From an uncultured Pseudomonadota bacterium (GTDB taxonomy: Bacteria > Pseudomonadota > Alphaproteobacteria > Rs-D84 > CACZYB01), in the NCBI GenBank assembly GCA_902785275.1, contig CACZYB010000010.1, positions 1 to 30,715 on the forward strand: a stretch of DNA of 30,715 nucleotides, given 5' to 3'. A program made the translations under genes and the position numbers. Positions 27,459-30,715 of this stretch are shown here, one piece after another. The number at the start of each line of letters is the position of its first letter. Position 1 is the stretch's first letter. The notes beneath the pieces are model-generated. The model was not told the origin of the DNA. It saw only the letters and a program-made list of their open reading frames with translations, and did no database searches.

Positions 27459-28754
27459 TTATACCTCTTTGTTTTTCTTTTTTCTTAGATTTTCCCAATA
27501 TTCGATACGCTTTTTAATATCGCGTTCAAAACCACGTTCTACTGGATTATAGAATTTTTGTCTTTTCATATCATCTGGCCAATAGTTTTGACCAGAAAAT
27601 CCATCCTTTGTATCAGGATCATAGACATAACCTGCACCGAAACCTTGCTTTTCCATTAGCTTTGTTGGAGCATTTATTATATGCATAGGTGGTGGAAGTG
27701 AACCCGTAGATTTTGCCATTGCATATGCATTATTCCAAGCAACTTCACTTGCATTTGATTTTGGTGCGGTACCAAGGTATATAACCAATGATGCGATTGC
27801 CAAATCACCTTCTGGGCTTCCTAAACGTTCGTATGCTTGCCATGCAGATATTGCGTAAGGTAGGGCGTGTGGATCGGCAAGGCCAACATCTTCTACTGCA
27901 AAACGGGTAAGTCTTCTAAGTATATACTTTGGATCTTCTCCACCAGCAATCATCCTTGCGCACCAGTAAAGTCCAGCATCAGGATCGGAACCACGAAGTG
28001 ATTTGTGTAGGGCAGATATTAGATTATAGTGAGCTTCACCGCTTTTATCATAGTTAGGCATACGGTTTTGAAGTATTTTTGTAAGGCCATTTTCATCAAT
28101 AATTTCGCCATGATAAAAATCAAATATCATTTCTATCATATTAAGAAGGTATCGACCGTCGCCGTCTGCTATTTTTATAAGGTTTTTCTTTGCTTCATCG
28201 GTAAGTGGAAGTTTTTTTTCAAGTTCGACTTCAGCCCTTTCAATAAGATGAGATAGGGCATTATCATCGAGTCTTTTTAATATCAATACCTGACAACGGG
28301 AAAGAAGCGCAGAATTAAGTTCGAATGATGGATTTTCGGTTGTTGCCCCGATAAGAGTTATTGTGCCATCTTCAACATAAGGTAAAAAGCTATCCTGTTG
28401 AGCTTTATTGAAACGATGAATTTCATCAACGAAAAGTATAGTTCTTCTTCCAACGGCCCTTAGATTTGATGCATCTTGGAAAACTTTCTTTAAATCTGAA
28501 ACTCCGGAAAATACGGCCGATAACATAACAAATTCGGCATCGATGTACTTTGCGACAAGTTTTGCAATAGTTGTCTTTCCGCATCCAGGAGGTCCCCACA
28601 AAATCATAGATTTTATATTGCCGTTTTTAAGCTGGTTTGTAATAATTCCATCATCACCAAGTATATGGTCCTGTCCTACAACGTCAGCCAAACTGTCAGC
28701 TCTTAACCTTTCGGCGAGAGGTGTACCAATTTTTGTATCGAATAATCCAGCCAT
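27459..28754 (-). CDS. rarA: Replication-associated recombination protein A (MgsA/RarA AAA+ ATPase)
   Basis: PLAERLR, GPPGCGKT, DEIHRFNKAQQD, ISALHKSLRGSD. Confidence 0.95.
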   Translation of the reverse strand: MAGLFDTKIGTPLAERLRADSLADVVGQDHILGDDGIITNQLKNGNIKSMILWGPPGCGKTTIAKLVAKYIDAEFVMLSAVFSGVSDLKKVFQDASNLRAVGRRTILFVDEIHRFNKAQQDSFLPYVEDGTITLIGATTENPSFELNSALLSRCQVLILKRLDDNALSHLIERAEVELEKKLPLTDEAKKNLIKIADGDGRYLLNMIEMIFDFYHGEIIDENGLTKILQNRMPNYDKSGEAHYNLISALHKSLRGSDPDAGLYWCARMIAGGEDPKYILRRLTRFAVEDVGLADPHALPYAISAWQAYERLGSPEGDLAIASLVIYLGTAPKSNASEVAWNNAYAMAKSTGSLPPPMHIINAPTKLMEKQGFGAGYVYDPDTKDGFSGQNYWPDDMKRQKFYNPVERGFERDIKKRIEYWENLRKKKNKEV

Positions 28755-28839
28755 AAAAATCCCCTTTGCGTAATATATAGTGGATTATAAATATTTTTAT
28801 TCGAAAAGCAAGAAATAGTTTTTTATGGTGATTTTTCCC

Positions 28840-28868
28840 TTGACATATAAAATAATATACGATACAAT
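28840..28868 (+). promoter_or_regulatory. sigma70 promoter of rpmB-rpmG
   Basis: TTGACA-17 bp-TACAAT. Confidence 0.75.
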
Positions 28869-28902
28869 TCAGCAATCTAATTACGAATTAAAGGATAAAA
28901 AA

Positions 28903-29202
28903 ATGTCAAGAGTATGTGAAATTACAAAGAAGAAACCTATGTCTGGTCATAACGTTTCTCATTCTGAAATAAAGACTAAAAGAAGATTTTTACCTAATCT
29001 TCAGATTGTTTCTTTCTTATCAGAAATCCTTGGAACAAAGGTTAAATTATATGTAACAAGTCGTGGAATCAAAACAGTTGAAGCAAATGGGGGAATTGAT
29101 TCTTACCTTCTTAACACCGGTAATTCAAAATTAACTCCTGAAGCAAAGGCTGTTAAAGCAAGAATTCAAAAATGCCAAGCTAAAAAGGCTGCAAAAAAAT
29201 AA
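28903..29202 (+). CDS. rpmB: 50S ribosomal protein L28
   Basis: MSRVCEIT.K.PMSGHNVSHS..KTKRRFLPNL; true start at 28903 (AAGGA RBS). Confidence 0.97.
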   Translation: MSRVCEITKKKPMSGHNVSHSEIKTKRRFLPNLQIVSFLSEILGTKVKLYVTSRGIKTVEANGGIDSYLLNTGNSKLTPEAKAVKARIQKCQAKKAAKK

Positions 29203-29222
29203 TTTATGAAAGAGAGTAAAAA

Positions 29223-29393
29223 ATGGCTAAAAAAGGTGTAAAAATGTTAGTTAAGTTGAGAAACCCTGAAACAGGTACTTTCTACACAACTTACAGAAAT
29301 CCAAAATCTCCTAATACAACTGAAAAACTTTCTTTCAGAAAGTATGATAAGAAGACAAGAAAACACGAAATTTTTGTTGAAAACAAGATTTAA
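29223..29393 (+). CDS. rpmG: 50S ribosomal protein L33 (Cys-free type)
   Basis: Manual translation MAKKGVKMLVKLRNPETGTFYTTYRNPKSPNTTEKLSFRKYDKKTRKHEIFVENKI*; missing from the ORF track because of size. Confidence 0.93.
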   Translation: MAKKGVKMLVKLRNPETGTFYTTYRNPKSPNTTEKLSFRKYDKKTRKHEIFVENKI

Positions 29394-29419
29394 TTTTTTC
29401 TTGGACGGATTTAAAATTT

Positions 29420-29448
29420 TCCCCCCGATTTTTCGGGGGATTTTTTTT
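29420..29448 (+). terminator. Terminator after rpmG
   Basis: CCCCCGA/TCGGGGG stem plus T8. Confidence 0.85.
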
Positions 29449-29484
29449 ATTCATTGGCTTTTATGCTTAAGTAATAGAAAATAC

Positions 29485-29513
29485 TTGACAAATTAAAGGT
29501 TTTAATGTATATT
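29485..29513 (+). promoter_or_regulatory. sigma70 promoter of rpsD
   Basis: TTGACA-17 bp-TATATT. Confidence 0.75.
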
Positions 29514-29519
29514 TCTGAC

Positions 29520-29672
29520 TACCGAGAAAGTAGAACTGAGTAGGGCGACTCCCGCCTGATAAGGCTCTCAGCCACCTTTTAAAGGAATGGACTATCGGAC
29601 AAACCCAAGGTAATCGCTCAATTATCTTGTAAAATAAACCGCCCATTTGGGCATAATTTAAGGAGACTAACT
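29520..29672 (+). promoter_or_regulatory. Structured 5' leader of rpsD (candidate r-leader)
   Basis: GC-enriched ~150-nt UTR with nested complementary segments. Confidence 0.45.
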
Positions 29673-30290
29673 TTGAGTAAAAGATTAGAAACTAAACACA
29701 AACTTGACCGCCGCTATGGTGTAAACACATGGGGTAGGGCAAAATCACCTGTTAACAAAAGAAAATATAAGCCAGGACAACATGGTCCAGTTGCTCATAC
29801 AAAAAGAACTGACTATGGTACACAGTTGTCTGCTAAACAGCTTTTGAAAGGTTACTATGGAAACATTTCTGAAAAGAAATTCCGTTCATACTATGATGAA
29901 GCTATGCGTAGAACTGGCGATACAGCAAGTGAAATTATTGCACAACTTGAATCAAGACTTGATGCAATAGTTTATCGTGCAAATTTTGTACCAACAGTAT
30001 TTGCTGCACGTCAGGTTGTAAGCCATGGACATATCTTGGTTAATGGTAAACGTGTAAATATTCCATCATACCAAGTAAAAGTTGGTGATGTTATCACTTT
30101 GAAAGAAAGTGCAAGAAACATCCCAATGGTTGTTCAAGCTAAAAACAATAAAGAACGTGAAGTTCCTGATTATGTATCTGTAAATGATAAATATGAAGCA
30201 ACTTTTGTTCGTATTCCTACACTTGAAGAAGTTCCATATCCAGTAAAGATGGAACCAAATTTGGTTGTGGAATTCTACTCTCGTCAGTAA
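29673..30290 (+). CDS. rpsD: 30S ribosomal protein S4
   Basis: [45 protein letters not shown]; TTG start with AAGGAG RBS. Confidence 0.97.
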   Translation: MSKRLETKHKLDRRYGVNTWGRAKSPVNKRKYKPGQHGPVAHTKRTDYGTQLSAKQLLKGYYGNISEKKFRSYYDEAMRRTGDTASEIIAQLESRLDAIVYRANFVPTVFAARQVVSHGHILVNGKRVNIPSYQVKVGDVITLKESARNIPMVVQAKNNKEREVPDYVSVNDKYEATFVRIPTLEEVPYPVKMEPNLVVEFYSRQ

Positions 30291-30311
30291 TTTGTCAGAG
30301 TGCAAAAAATT

Positions 30312-30342
30312 ATCCCCTCACATCGTGGGGGGATTTTTTTTT
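30312..30342 (+). terminator. Terminator after rpsD
   Basis: ATCCCCTCAC/GTGGGGGGAT stem plus T tract. Confidence 0.8.
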
Positions 30343-30630
30343 CTAAAAATGCAATGCAAAAATTCTGTATCCCGCAGGAAACAGCCATTTATTGAAGATT
30401 TTGAGTGATATACAAAAAAGGACCCTTTTTTGTATCTCGTTTTTTTAAGATAAATTTGTTGAAAAAATATGTTGATTTTTCAATATTTTCCTTGATTTTT
30501 TAGGAATATAGATAAATAATCAAAATAGTAAAGAAAAAAGGGTGATTTTTTTTATATGGGTGGAGAATTTTCATGACTTTTATCCACCCTCCCGCAAACC
30601 CCTTAATTCTTTATAAAAAAGGAGAGAGAA

Positions 30631-30715
30631 ATGATGAAAAAATTTATCATAGCTGCATTGTTACTTGTGCCATCAGTTGCAAGAGCAGAAATCTTGGCAT
30701 CGCAAGTAAATAATG
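30631..30715 (+). CDS. 3'-partial exported protein
   Basis: AAGGAG RBS; MMKKFIIAALLLVPSVARA-EILASQ signal peptide with an AxA site; runs off the window. Confidence 0.7.
   Translation, partial: MMKKFIIAALLLVPSVARAEILASQVNN

Noticed and set aside
9183-30305. Numerous short antisense or alternate-frame ORFs in the track overlapping helicase, secG, kdsB, pssA, psd, parC, cysS, fabF, rarA and rpsD
   Set aside because: They lie within well-supported genes and have no recognisable motifs.

Overview
AT-rich bacterial chromosome segment, most likely an alphaproteobacterium (inferred from the divergent parC/recO pair, the long L28 and the stand-alone rpsD). The left half (1 to about 14,960) is visibly more AT-rich accessory DNA. 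Three homologous non-coding elements, each ending in a tRNA-3'-like ...CACCA-AAAATCA core (5675, 11677, 14917), split it into three modules. Module A is the 3' end of a polymorphic toxin gene (URI/GIY-YIG-like nuclease tip, frameshifted), five candidate immunity genes, an exported protein and a TpsB/CdiB transporter. Module B is a 6.0-kb cassette with no toxin or integrase, carrying about 10 orphan immunity-like genes under one strong promoter and flanked by a ~28-bp inverted repeat. Module C is a 3.2-kb cassette encoding an SF2 helicase fused to five HTH-like repeats whose putative recognition helices are hypervariable. The right half is ordinary core genome (secG, HAD hydrolase, kdsB, dgkA, pssA, psd, GT25, parC, recO, cysS, SIMPL, fabF, rarA, rpmB, rpmG, rpsD). 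Family calls for the small accessory ORFs rest on motif recognition by eye; no database search was run.
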